From assembly GCF_003010495.1 (NCBI RefSeq), contig NZ_CP027570.1, positions 1,890,001 to 1,922,000 of the forward strand: a stretch of 32,000 bases of DNA, given 5' to 3'. Made by a program: the position numbers and the translations under genes. Numbering within the stretch: position 1 is the stretch's first letter; the number at the start of each line of letters is the position of its first letter. Positions 24,408-31,904 of this stretch are shown here, one piece after another. Under the pieces are notes generated by a model, which was not told the origin of the DNA, did no database searches, and was given only the letters and a program-made list of their open reading frames with translations. The stretch comes from Megasphaera elsdenii DSM 20460 (GTDB lineage: Bacteria > Bacillota > Negativicutes > Veillonellales > Megasphaeraceae).

Positions 24408-24480
24408 CCAGGATAAAAAGGCGGTATTTAGCACATCCGGAATTGGAAGTAACGGCGTTATTATAACTTCAAACTCAAAA

Positions 24481-24510
24481 AGCGCTGTCTTCATGCGACA
24501 GCGCTTTTTT
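24481..24510 (+). terminator. terminator after the radical SAM gene
   Basis: agcgctgtc-ttcatgc-gacagcgct is followed by a T run through 24510. Confidence 0.85.
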
Positions 24511-24660
24511 CGGACTCAAATGCGGCGTTCCGCACGCCGTTCGTCATAAATTCCGGCTGTGCATAGGATTCACACGGGGCAGAAAGGCTTTGGGCGTCCC
24601 CTATGAAATCGCATACTGGTGATGGAAAAGAACGCAGATTGCAAAAAAACGGCCATATAA
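24505..24660 (-). repeat. second copy of the interspersed repeat of about 160-190 bp seen at 2400-2596
   Basis: Shared blocks are TTCGGACTC..ATGC.GC, CGTCATAAATTCCGG(T/C)TGTG(T/C)A(C/T)AGGATTCA, a degenerate REP hairpin ending GGCGTCCCCTAT, ATCGCA.AC.GG.GATG.AAAA and GAACGC. Confidence 0.7.
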
Positions 24661-24774
24661 GAATATTTCTATGTTGCAAATACGACGGATGACCTTGCCG
24701 CTATCTGTTATACTCAAGATGTTCCAAGAAACCAACGCATGAAAATAGATTATGCGAGAAAAGGAAGCGATACT

Positions 24775-25470
24775 ATGATTACGAAAGACATGACTTTAGC
24801 TGACGTTGTAAAAGCTCATCCGAATACGATTGGATTCCTGAATGGATTGCATCTTGATTACTGCTGCGGCGGACATGATCCTATTGCCATGGCTGTCCGT
24901 GAAAAGGGTCTGGACGTGGATAAATTCCTGGCCGAACTCAATCAGGCAGCTGCCAAAAAGGCGACGCAGCGGGACGTCCATGATGATATCGAAGCGTTCA
25001 AGACGCTTAAAGTCACGGAGATGCTTGACGATTTGGAAGCGACGCATCACGTGACAGACCGCAGACTCATGGCTGAAACAGAAGAACTCCTCAACAAGAT
25101 TCTCATCGTCCATTATCCGCATCATGGTAAAATGCTCACGCGCCTCCATCATCTCTATGCCGGCCTGAAAGCAGAACTGGAAGAACATTTTGCCAAGGAA
25201 GAACAGCTCGTGTTCCCGTTGATGCGCCAGCATCCGCATCCGGACAGCCAGACGCTGTCACTTATCCAGGACCTGGAAACGGAGCACACCGGTGCCGGCG
25301 ACGTCATCAAAGAAATCCAGGAACTGACGGATAACTTCACGCCGCCAGCAGATGCTTGCCCGACCTTCCGCCACACGTATGTTGTCATGGAACAGCTCTT
25401 TGACGACATCTTCATCCATATCTTCAAGGAAAACTCCATCGCCTTCCCTGAATACGCCGAACAAGTCTAA
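24775..25470 (+). CDS. ric: iron-sulfur cluster repair di-iron protein (RIC / ScdA / YtfE family)
   Basis: I place the start at ATG 24775 (MITKDMTLADVV) behind AAGGAAG. It has the ScdA_N motif LDYCCGG and hemerythrin-like His/Glu motifs (HHVTDRRL, HFAKEEQLVFP, ETEHTG). An extended -10, TGTTATACT, lies at 24706-24714. Confidence 0.9.
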   Translation: MITKDMTLADVVKAHPNTIGFLNGLHLDYCCGGHDPIAMAVREKGLDVDKFLAELNQAAAKKATQRDVHDDIEAFKTLKVTEMLDDLEATHHVTDRRLMAETEELLNKILIVHYPHHGKMLTRLHHLYAGLKAELEEHFAKEEQLVFPLMRQHPHPDSQTLSLIQDLETEHTGAGDVIKEIQELTDNFTPPADACPTFRHTYVVMEQLFDDIFIHIFKENSIAFPEYAEQV

Positions 25471-25481
25471 CGATAAGAAAA

Positions 25482-25531
25482 AATCACCTGTTCCAACGGT
25501 CTGATTCGGATCTTTGAGACAGGTGATTTTT
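25482..25531 (+). terminator. ric terminator
   Basis: aatcacctgt (25482-25491) pairs with acaggtgatt (25519-25528) and is followed by ttttt. The loop is large. Confidence 0.7.
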
Positions 25532-25618
25532 ATATTTTAGAAAGACTGAGCTCAAGCAGTGGAATGACAGGCCTTTGTCAAAGATGGTATAATGGGATAA
25601 CTGAAAGGGGGGCTATGC

Positions 25619-26071
25619 TTGCCATTTTATACTTATGCGTATGTCGAAAGTCAGGCCCATGTGAGCTACTGGTTCCAGTATGGACTGATTTTTTTTATTT
25701 TAGCGGCACTAGTCATCATCAGCATCAAATATATGCGTAACCGCTTGCGGACGAAGTATCGCGACTTGAGTATCATCCTGCTGCTCATCGGTATTTTCCT
25801 GTGCGGTACGAACTGGGATAGTTTCAGCCGCCAGCGGGAAACTACGGAAAACACGTCTAAAATGACGGCTTTTTTGGATACCTTCAGCGATAACATGACG
25901 TTGTCGAAGTCGGACTTAGCCGTCAATTCCCTGCGCCTGCAAAACGGGATGCTGGTCAAAGTGCGCGATGATTATTATCGCATCGATTTTACGAATGATT
26001 ATACAGCCTATCGCATCAACCGTGTCTATTTGATCCATAAAAAAATTAAGCTTGTCGACGTTTCGAAATAG
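25619..26071 (+). CDS. small membrane protein, DUF3290-like
   Basis: The TTG start lies behind GAAAGGGGGG. It has two N-terminal TM helices and is paired with a DUF421/YetF-like gene, a pairing I recall from lactic acid bacteria. An extended -10, TGGTATAAT, lies at 25586-25594. Confidence 0.65.
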   Translation: MPFYTYAYVESQAHVSYWFQYGLIFFILAALVIISIKYMRNRLRTKYRDLSIILLLIGIFLCGTNWDSFSRQRETTENTSKMTAFLDTFSDNMTLSKSDLAVNSLRLQNGMLVKVRDDYYRIDFTNDYTAYRINRVYLIHKKIKLVDVSK

Positions 26072-26079
26072 GAGGGCCT

Positions 26080-26733
26080 ATGTTTCCATATTCCATGGTT
26101 TTTGCTAAATTAGGATTGGGCTTATTGGCCCTTATTTTACAAATTAATTTGTTAGGCAAAAGGAACCTGGCACCGTCATCGGCACTGGACCAGATCCAGA
26201 ATTATGTCCTTGGCGGCATCATCGGCGGTGTCATCTATAATGATACGGTCAGCATCATCCAGTTTCTCATGATTCTCGTCGTCTGGACAATCCTGGTCAT
26301 GGTCCTGAAATTCTTGAAAGCGAACAGCCGGCTGGTGAAGATCCTCGTCGATGGCAAACCGGTTATCCTGATCGAACAGGGCGAATTACAGACTGAAACG
26401 TGCCTGCGCTATGGCATCCAGGCTTTTGAACTGCAAATGAAGCTGCGCGCTGCCGGTGTCCAGCGGATTCAGGATGTAAAGCGCGCTGTCCTCGAACAGA
26501 ACGGCCAGCTGACCGTTGTTCAGATGGGGGAAAAGAATATCCGCTTCCCGTTGATTGCCGATGGACAAGTGAACCCCGATGTATTGAAACTCATCGATAA
26601 AGACGAGGCCTGGCTGAACCAGGAATTACACCGTCAAGGCTATGAACCGCGAGACATTTTCCTGGCAGAATATCTGGACGGGCAGGTCCTGCTGTACCCA
26701 TATCCGCCGGAATCGGGGACCAAGAAAGGCTGA
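26080..26733 (+). CDS. DUF421 / YetF-family membrane protein
   Basis: MFPYSMVFAKLGLGLLALILQINLLGKRNLAPSSALDQIQNYVLGGIIGGVIYN. It has three TM helices plus a soluble C-terminal domain and starts 9 nt after the previous gene. Confidence 0.78.
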   Translation: MFPYSMVFAKLGLGLLALILQINLLGKRNLAPSSALDQIQNYVLGGIIGGVIYNDTVSIIQFLMILVVWTILVMVLKFLKANSRLVKILVDGKPVILIEQGELQTETCLRYGIQAFELQMKLRAAGVQRIQDVKRAVLEQNGQLTVVQMGEKNIRFPLIADGQVNPDVLKLIDKDEAWLNQELHRQGYEPRDIFLAEYLDGQVLLYPYPPESGTKKG

Positions 26734-26759
26734 CTGCTGCACCTTGTTTGGAAGATGAG

Positions 26760-26988
26760 GTATATTGAACCTCTCCCGCTTATAGAAGCGGGAGATTCTT
26801 GAGAAGATTGCGGTTTAAGTTTCCTCCTAAAATCAGGATAGCCTTATTCTCAAAGGGCTGTCCAAAAGCCTCTTACACAGTCCCTCGAAATCGAAGTTCT
26901 GCTTACTTTTACGGAGTATGTTGGCGGCGCCGTTGATGTCGGCATTGGCCGTCCTGCCGTCAGCGAAACGGTACAGGCCGCGCCGGAT
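26760..26988 (-). mobile_element. 3' remnant of an IS200/IS605-family element (TnpB C-terminus plus right-end region)
   Basis: The minus-strand frame from 26988 to the stop at 26833-26835 reads IRRGLYRFADGRTANADINGAANILRKSKQNFDFEGLCKRLLDSPLRIRLS. This is the characteristic TnpB/OrfB tail (AD.N.A.NI). Downstream of the stop is the hairpin ctcccgctt-ataga-aagcgggag (26773-26794), where an omega-RNA or right-end structure would be expected. Confidence 0.7.
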
Positions 26989-27083
26989 ATTTCAATTCAT
27001 GGTTTGCGGCATACCCATGCTTCTATTTTACTCTTTGCCGGGGTTTCCATTGCCAGTGTAGCTCGACGATTAGGTCATGCGGC
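26989..27083 (+). pseudogene. C-terminal fragment of a tyrosine recombinase/integrase
   Basis: ISIHGLRHTHASILLFAGVSIASVARRLGHA is the box II region (HxLRHT...RLGH) without the catalytic Tyr region. It starts exactly where the TnpB fragment ends. Confidence 0.7.
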
Positions 27084-27146
27084 ACTTTGTTACGCTGGTC
27101 ATGTATTTTGCAGAAAATCTACTGACTGCTATCACGGCAAGAAACA

Positions 27147-27155
27147 TGGTATAAT
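27147..27155 (+). promoter_or_regulatory. extended -10 element upstream of the FNT transporter gene
   Basis: The sequence is TGGTATAAT. ATG 27154 lies inside it, so ATG 27187 is the likely start. Confidence 0.5.
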
Positions 27156-27186
27156 GAAAGAAAAATGTCAGAAAGAAGTGGAATCT

Positions 27187-28044
27187 ATGATTAAACGTTG
27201 TAATCATGACTGTGATTTTTCTTGTCAGCAGTCAGAAGATCAGAAGATGCGTGTCATTGTTGAAGAGCATGAGAAATTGTCACCGAATCTTATTTTTGAA
27301 ATCATCCGCCACGATGGCGAGCTGGAATTGGAACGGCCGGCCTGGCCTTTGATTTTGTCAGCCTTGGCGGCAGGCTTGATGATTTCGTTTTCGTTTTATT
27401 TCCGCTCTATCATCCATGTCTATGTCGGCCAGGCTCCCTGGACGGGGGCGATTACGGGCTTCGGCTATACGACGGGGTTCTTGATCGTCATTCTCGGGCG
27501 ATTGCAGCTTTTTACGGAAAATACGATTACGACGGTCATTCCTGTCTTCCGCGTACCTTGCTGGGAAAATTTTCGGAAACTTCTGCGCTTGTGGGGCATC
27601 GTCTTCGGCGCCAATATCGTCGGTACAGCCATTGCGGCGCTTTTCATGTCCAGCCCGGTCTTTACGACGCCGGAAATTACGCAGTGTCTCCTGACCGTGT
27701 CGCATCACATCATGGCGCCGGACGCGATGGACAACATCATGCGCGGCATCCCGGCAGGTATGCTCATCGCCGCTATTGTCTGGATCATGCCTATGTCGCG
27801 GAGCTTCGCTTTCTTTACGATTTTGACCTTTACCTATTTCATCTCCATCGGCAACTTTGCCCATGTCGTCGTCGGCTCTTGTGAAGCCGCCTATGACGTC
27901 CTCATGGGTGGCTCTGATTTGTACGATTATTTCTTCCGCTTCCTCCTGCCGACAGGCCTGGGCAATATCATCGGCGGCACTGGTGTCTTTACGCTCCTCG
28001 TGTCAGCCCAGGTACGCAGTGAAAATGGGAAGCAGCTCGATTGA
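27187..28044 (+). CDS. formate/nitrite transporter (FNT) family channel, YfdC-like
   Basis: The listed ORF 27004..28044 is a chimera with the integrase fragment. From M62 (MIKRCNH...) it gives 285 aa with six TM segments and QLFTENT and GNFAHVVVG motifs. Confidence 0.82.
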   Translation: MIKRCNHDCDFSCQQSEDQKMRVIVEEHEKLSPNLIFEIIRHDGELELERPAWPLILSALAAGLMISFSFYFRSIIHVYVGQAPWTGAITGFGYTTGFLIVILGRLQLFTENTITTVIPVFRVPCWENFRKLLRLWGIVFGANIVGTAIAALFMSSPVFTTPEITQCLLTVSHHIMAPDAMDNIMRGIPAGMLIAAIVWIMPMSRSFAFFTILTFTYFISIGNFAHVVVGSCEAAYDVLMGGSDLYDYFFRFLLPTGLGNIIGGTGVFTLLVSAQVRSENGKQLD

Positions 28045-28053
28045 GGAACTGAA

Positions 28054-29196
28054 ATGAAATCTGTCGTTTCCGTATTCAAAGAGAATCTGGTACTTGTCCT
28101 GGCGGTAGTGGCGGCATCGGTGTCGATGCTGGCCGTACCGCCTTCGGCGTCCTATGCCGGGTATATCAATGTGCCTGTACTGGCTATTTTGTTCTGCCTC
28201 ATGGTCGTCATCGGCGGTTTGCGGGAAAGCGGTGTCTTTGCGGCCGTGCTGGCGCGTCTCTTGCTCCGACTGGGGACGATGCGCCAACTGGCGGCGGTCC
28301 TGGTCTTTGCCTGTTTTTTTGTCAGTATGTGGGTGACCAACGATGTGGCGCTCTTGACCTTTGTGCCTTTTTCCCTGATGGCCCTGCCGAAAGTGGCCAG
28401 TGAGAAGCAAATGGCGCTTGTCATCGTCCTCCAGACGCTGGCGGCCAATCTGGGTAGTATGTGTACGCCCGTAGGCAATCCGCAGAACTTGTATCTTTAT
28501 TTTTACTACGCCATGGATCTGTCCTCGTTTCTGCTGTTGCTCCTGCCCTATACCCTGGTATCCTTCCTGTTGCTGGCGCTGTCCCTGTTCCGCTTGCCGG
28601 GAACGCCGATTCCCATTTCCGTGCGGCTGGCAGCCCGGCGGACACGGAATCTGCCTGTATTGGCTCCGTCGCGGCAGCTCTGGATTTTGGGCGGGATGTT
28701 TTTCCTTTCCCTGCTCGCTGTGGCGCATGTGCTCGACTATCGTCTGGCCCTGGCCTTTGTCGTGGTCATCACGGCCCTGACGCGGCCCCAGTATTTCCGT
28801 TATGCTGATTACCGGCTTTTGGGTACCTTTGTGGCCTTTTTTATCCTCGTAGGCAATCTGAGCCAGCTGTCTGGCTTCAGGGACCTGTTGACGGGATATC
28901 TGGACGGTCATGAGTTCCTCATGGCCCTTTTGGCAAGCCAGGTCATCAGCAATGTGCCGGCCGCCGTCCTCCTGTCGGGGTTTACTGATGATGCGGCGGC
29001 TTTGCTGCTGGGAACCGATATCGGAGGCCTGGGGACGCTGGTCGCCTCCATGGCCAGTCTCATTTCCTATGGCATGTACGTCCGGGCCTGTCCCCGACAG
29101 CAGGCAGGGTATCTGAAACTATTCACCCAGCTCAACCTGGCCTACCTGCTGGTACTGGTCCTGATTGCCTGGCTCTGTCATCAGCTGGGGGTATGA
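28054..29196 (+). CDS. ArsB/NhaD-superfamily (CitMHS-like) anion permease
   Basis: 380 aa, polytopic. It has the motif GSMCTPVGNPQNLYLY, typical of this permease superfamily. It starts 9 nt after the FNT gene. Confidence 0.78.
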   Translation: MKSVVSVFKENLVLVLAVVAASVSMLAVPPSASYAGYINVPVLAILFCLMVVIGGLRESGVFAAVLARLLLRLGTMRQLAAVLVFACFFVSMWVTNDVALLTFVPFSLMALPKVASEKQMALVIVLQTLAANLGSMCTPVGNPQNLYLYFYYAMDLSSFLLLLLPYTLVSFLLLALSLFRLPGTPIPISVRLAARRTRNLPVLAPSRQLWILGGMFFLSLLAVAHVLDYRLALAFVVVITALTRPQYFRYADYRLLGTFVAFFILVGNLSQLSGFRDLLTGYLDGHEFLMALLASQVISNVPAAVLLSGFTDDAAALLLGTDIGGLGTLVASMASLISYGMYVRACPRQQAGYLKLFTQLNLAYLLVLVLIAWLCHQLGV

Positions 29197-29215
29197 CGGG
29201 TGCTGGCGAATCGTA

Positions 29216-29244
29216 TTGACGGAAAGGGAAGAACATGTTAGAAT
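29216..29244 (+). promoter_or_regulatory. promoter of the GNAT-DMT operon
   Basis: TTGACG (29216-29221), 17 nt, TAGAAT (29239-29244), with TG at 29236-29237. Confidence 0.7.
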
Positions 29245-29250
29245 GATGCT

Positions 29251-29367
29251 AATTTTATAGGAACACCGCTTCTGTCACCGGACAGGAGAAATGAGGTGTC
29301 TGGGAGTTGTCGTAGGTACGGCATGATTACATGCTATAAGACAATTCCTGGACACCTCTGTTTTTTT
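29251..29367 (+). promoter_or_regulatory. structured 5' leader ending in a long terminator hairpin (candidate riboswitch or leader-peptide attenuator)
   Basis: Hairpin ctgtc-accg-gacag lies at 29272-29285. A long composite stem joins gaggtgtctgggagttgtc (from 29293) to gacaattcctggacacctc (to 29358), with the apical hairpin gcatg-atta-catgc, and is followed by T7 (29361-29367). An 11-codon ORF, MRCLGVVVGTA (29291-29326), lies in the 5' arm. Confidence 0.6.
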
Positions 29368-29380
29368 AGGAGGGATTATC

Positions 29381-29806
29381 ATGATTCAAATGCATATGCA
29401 GCAGGGGCTTTCACAGGATGCCCGGATTATCCGGCAGGAGGTATTTGTAGAAGAACAAGGATTTCACCATGAGTTTGATGAAATCGACTCAAGGGCCTGG
29501 CATCTGGTATTATATGAAAATGAGCAGGCCGCTGGCTGCTGCCGTTTCTTTTCATCTGACCAGCCGGGAGTGTATATCCTGGGACGACTGGCCGTGCGGA
29601 AGTCCTTCCGGGGCAGGCAGTACGGGGAGCAACTGGTACGGGAAGCGGAAGCCTGGCTGCGCGGCCGCCAGGTGAAACGGCTGGCCTTGTCAGCTCAGGT
29701 CCGGGTACGTCCCTTTTATGAAAAATTAGGATTTACCGCATCGGGTGACGAATATCTGGATGAGTATTGTCCTCACATCCATATGGAAAAGGAGCTGGGA
29801 AAATGA
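29381..29806 (+). CDS. GNAT-family N-acetyltransferase (YjcF-like)
   Basis: The acetyl-CoA motif is LGRLAVRKSFRGRQYGEQLV, followed by FYEKLGF. The RBS is AGGAGGG. Confidence 0.88.
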   Translation: MIQMHMQQGLSQDARIIRQEVFVEEQGFHHEFDEIDSRAWHLVLYENEQAAGCCRFFSSDQPGVYILGRLAVRKSFRGRQYGEQLVREAEAWLRGRQVKRLALSAQVRVRPFYEKLGFTASGDEYLDEYCPHIHMEKELGK

Positions 29807-30225
29807 GTCTGACCTACTGGATTCCCTTTTTCATCGTTGTCCTTGGTAACATAGGCTATCATATGGTAGCCAAGGCGACGCCGACAGCAGCCCCGCCTTT
29901 TCTGGCCCTCAGCGTGACTTATCTAGTCAGTTTTCTCCTGTGTGCTGCTGCTTACGTGGTGACCGGACCTTCTCTGCGGCAGGATCTGTCGGCCTTAAAC
30001 TGGGCGAGTGCTGCCTGGGGACTGACGCTGGTCGCCGTCGAATTTGGCTACATCCTATTATACCGGGCTGGCTGGAAAATCAGTATGGCCTCCCTCCTGG
30101 CTAATGTCAGCGTAGCGCTCCTTTTAGCAGGCATCGGCGTCCTGCTGTATAAAGACGTCCTGATGCCCCGGCAGATCATCGGCATCATCCTGTGCCTGGC
30201 CGGCGTCTTTTTCCTGCGACCCTAA
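29803..30225 (+). CDS. small 4-5 TM membrane protein, half-size EamA/DMT-like
   Basis: I place the start at ATG 29803 (MSLTYWIPFFIVVLGNIGYHMVAKA), which overlaps the GNAT stop (ATGA). It is 140 aa and hydrophobic throughout. Confidence 0.72.
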   Translation: MSLTYWIPFFIVVLGNIGYHMVAKATPTAAPPFLALSVTYLVSFLLCAAAYVVTGPSLRQDLSALNWASAAWGLTLVAVEFGYILLYRAGWKISMASLLANVSVALLLAGIGVLLYKDVLMPRQIIGIILCLAGVFFLRP

Positions 30226-30316
30226 AAAGATAGGGCCTTGGGGGATGAACGAAATTATGGAACTAGCTTATGCAAGGGTGCTCACGTGCCTTTTCGGGCC
30301 TGGTGGGAATGGGTCA

Positions 30317-31760
30317 TTAATGGAAAATGAGATGAGGGAGACTTGGCAGGCGTTTCGATGCTTCCCAGTCAACTGCAGCCGCCGTAGTCCGGCCCAGTGA
30401 CTGCTCAATAGCGGCCCGAAGAATATACCAGCTTGGGGGAACAGGATATTTGTGCATGTTCAGGAGATCGATGCCCTTGGTGGCACAAGACAACGCCTGG
30501 ACCGCGTTCCCTAATTTCCATTGAATCCATGCTTCTTGTTGATACGTACTGCCCACGAACGGGTAGTACGTATTTTTTTCCTCTTCAGACAGCTTATTAC
30601 GGGAAATCCGGCACTCCTTCAGGGCTTCTTCGTATTTACCGGCTCGAGTCAGAAGGCGGGCATAGTCCAGATGGCCGCGGGCGGGGTTTTTATCCTGCTT
30701 GAGATAGTTACTCTTTCTGTCCCATCATATATTCATAGACGATGGCAAGACTATTCAAGAGAGTATCATTGGGATTTTTGCGGAGTCCCTGTACGGTGGT
30801 TGCATAGCCGGCCCCAGGGTTTCCATCCATCATATCATAGAGACTGCGGATCCCATAAGGAAGCGGACTGTTCGGCGCATGAACGGTCATTTGATCCAGA
30901 TGGCTTTCTGTTCCAGCGTCATCGCCGTAGTACCAGGACAGGCCGGCAAGCGATAAATCCTGCCAGGCTGACTCAGGGAAGGATTGATTATATTCTTTTT
31001 GATAGAGAATGGACAGGAACAGTAACTATGACGACAGGGGAGCAAAGGCGTCATTTGAACGGAGCTCCTGGTCGCGGGCATGATGTTCTTTGACAATAGT
31101 ATCCAGCCGCTTTTGCCTTTGAGCTGCATCGGGGGGAACGGGGGCTGTTATCGTATCCTGAAAGGCATCACGCACGTCTTTATCAGGCAGATCTTTATTC
31201 AGTCGGTACCGCAGGACGCCATTCTTGTCGATTAATAGCAACCGGGGCAGGGAATGGGTATATAGGTGGTAGTCTCCTGTAAGAACGGGAAAGGGGAAGG
31301 CTTCTTCTTTCAGCCAGTTTTCTATTTTGCTCGTCCTGCCAGTCTGTATGACAAAGAAGTTCATCTGTTCGTGATATGAAACATAGGCTTTTTTTGTGAA
31401 ATCCGCATAAGCCGTATTGGCAGAACCGGGTATAGAAGATGCGATGAAAAGCGCTGCAGGTCTGTTTCCTGTTGTTACTGTTACGGGGTGTCCCGAATCT
31501 TTGCTGATAAATCCGGTAACAGGAACGGCTGTACCGGCCGACGCTTCCGAAACAGGAATCTGGATGGGGCGGGAGTTTTTAGCCGGCGTTGTTTTTTCCC
31601 GTTTCGTTAGAGAAGGAACGGTTTCTGTCTGCACGATTTCGTTTTTGTGCTGTATCGCCGCAGGTGCAACTGCAGCTGGTGTGTCGGCAGCCATGACCGT
31701 ATACCCTGTCAGAAAAAGACCTGTCACGGCCAGTGCAATTTGACGTCGTAATAGTTTCAT
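30317..31760 (-). pseudogene. disrupted gene for a secreted thioredoxin-fold + TPR protein (in-frame TAG plus one frameshift)
   Basis: ORF 31760..31026 has a signal peptide (MKLLRRQIALAVTGLFLTGYTVMA) and a TlpA/AhpC-like region. The same frame stays open past TAG (31026-31028) to 30708. A frame change within 30711-30724 then leads into the TPR-like frame (...GHLDYARLLTRAGKYEEALKEC...), ending at 30317. Confidence 0.6.
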
Positions 31761-31904
31761 GGTTTAACCCTCCTGTCTGAGATATATTATAACTTCATTT
31801 TTGCATGCTCTGGTACGGGATGTCAATCCTTTGTCTGGAGACAATAGGGCGAAATGGCAGGAAGCCGGAAAAGATGTTATAATAAAATAACTTAGTTGCT
31901 GACC

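Larger units (their letters stand above)
16350..24435. mobile_element. putative integrated element or composite island downstream of rlmD (AT-rich cargo + serine recombinase triplet + debris + ArsR/radical-SAM pair)
   Basis: Base composition drops sharply. By hand count, 15001-15060 has 36/60 G+C and 17041-17100 has 15/60. The region contains three co-directional serine-recombinase-family genes and fragments of further mobile genes. Host-type repeats resume at 24505. The 9-mer TTTAGCACA occurs at both edges (16401-16409 and 24427-24435). The boundaries are tentative. Confidence 0.5.

Noticed and set aside
24408-24476. A short frame reading ...YLAHPELEVTALL* as a displaced original 3' end of rlmD (host C-terminus ...THHVESVALMSREEK), as expected if the island had inserted inside rumA.
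   Set aside because: Only about 4 of 10 residues match, there is no convincing nucleotide similarity, and rlmD appears complete with its own terminator. The evidence is too weak to claim.
27004-27186. The N-terminal 61 codons of the listed ORF 27004..28044.
   Set aside because: This part is an integrase box II fragment fused in frame by chance, and the extended -10 promoter lies downstream of it. The FNT protein has the expected length when started at ATG 27187.
29251-29367. Assignment of the GNAT/DMT leader to a known riboswitch class (guanidine-I/II/III, PRPP/ppGpp ykkC subtypes).
   Set aside because: CCGGACAGG resembles the start of the guanidine-III consensus, but the rest of that pseudoknot is absent. 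The hairpin loop is ACCG, not ACGR, and no ykkC-like core is present. I kept it as an unclassified leader.
31026-31028. The in-frame TAG as programmed read-through or pyrrolysine.
   Set aside because: There is no pyl context. A second lesion (a frameshift) lies in the same gene 300 nt downstream, and GAG-TAA-C does not resemble a known +1 shift site. Pseudogenisation or sequencing error is the simpler explanation.
30521-31129. ORFs 30521..31093 (+, 190 aa), 30887..31129 (-) and 30433..30702 (+).
   Set aside because: They overlap the disrupted Trx/TPR gene in other frames, have odd Arg/His/Cys-rich composition, and lack RBSs.
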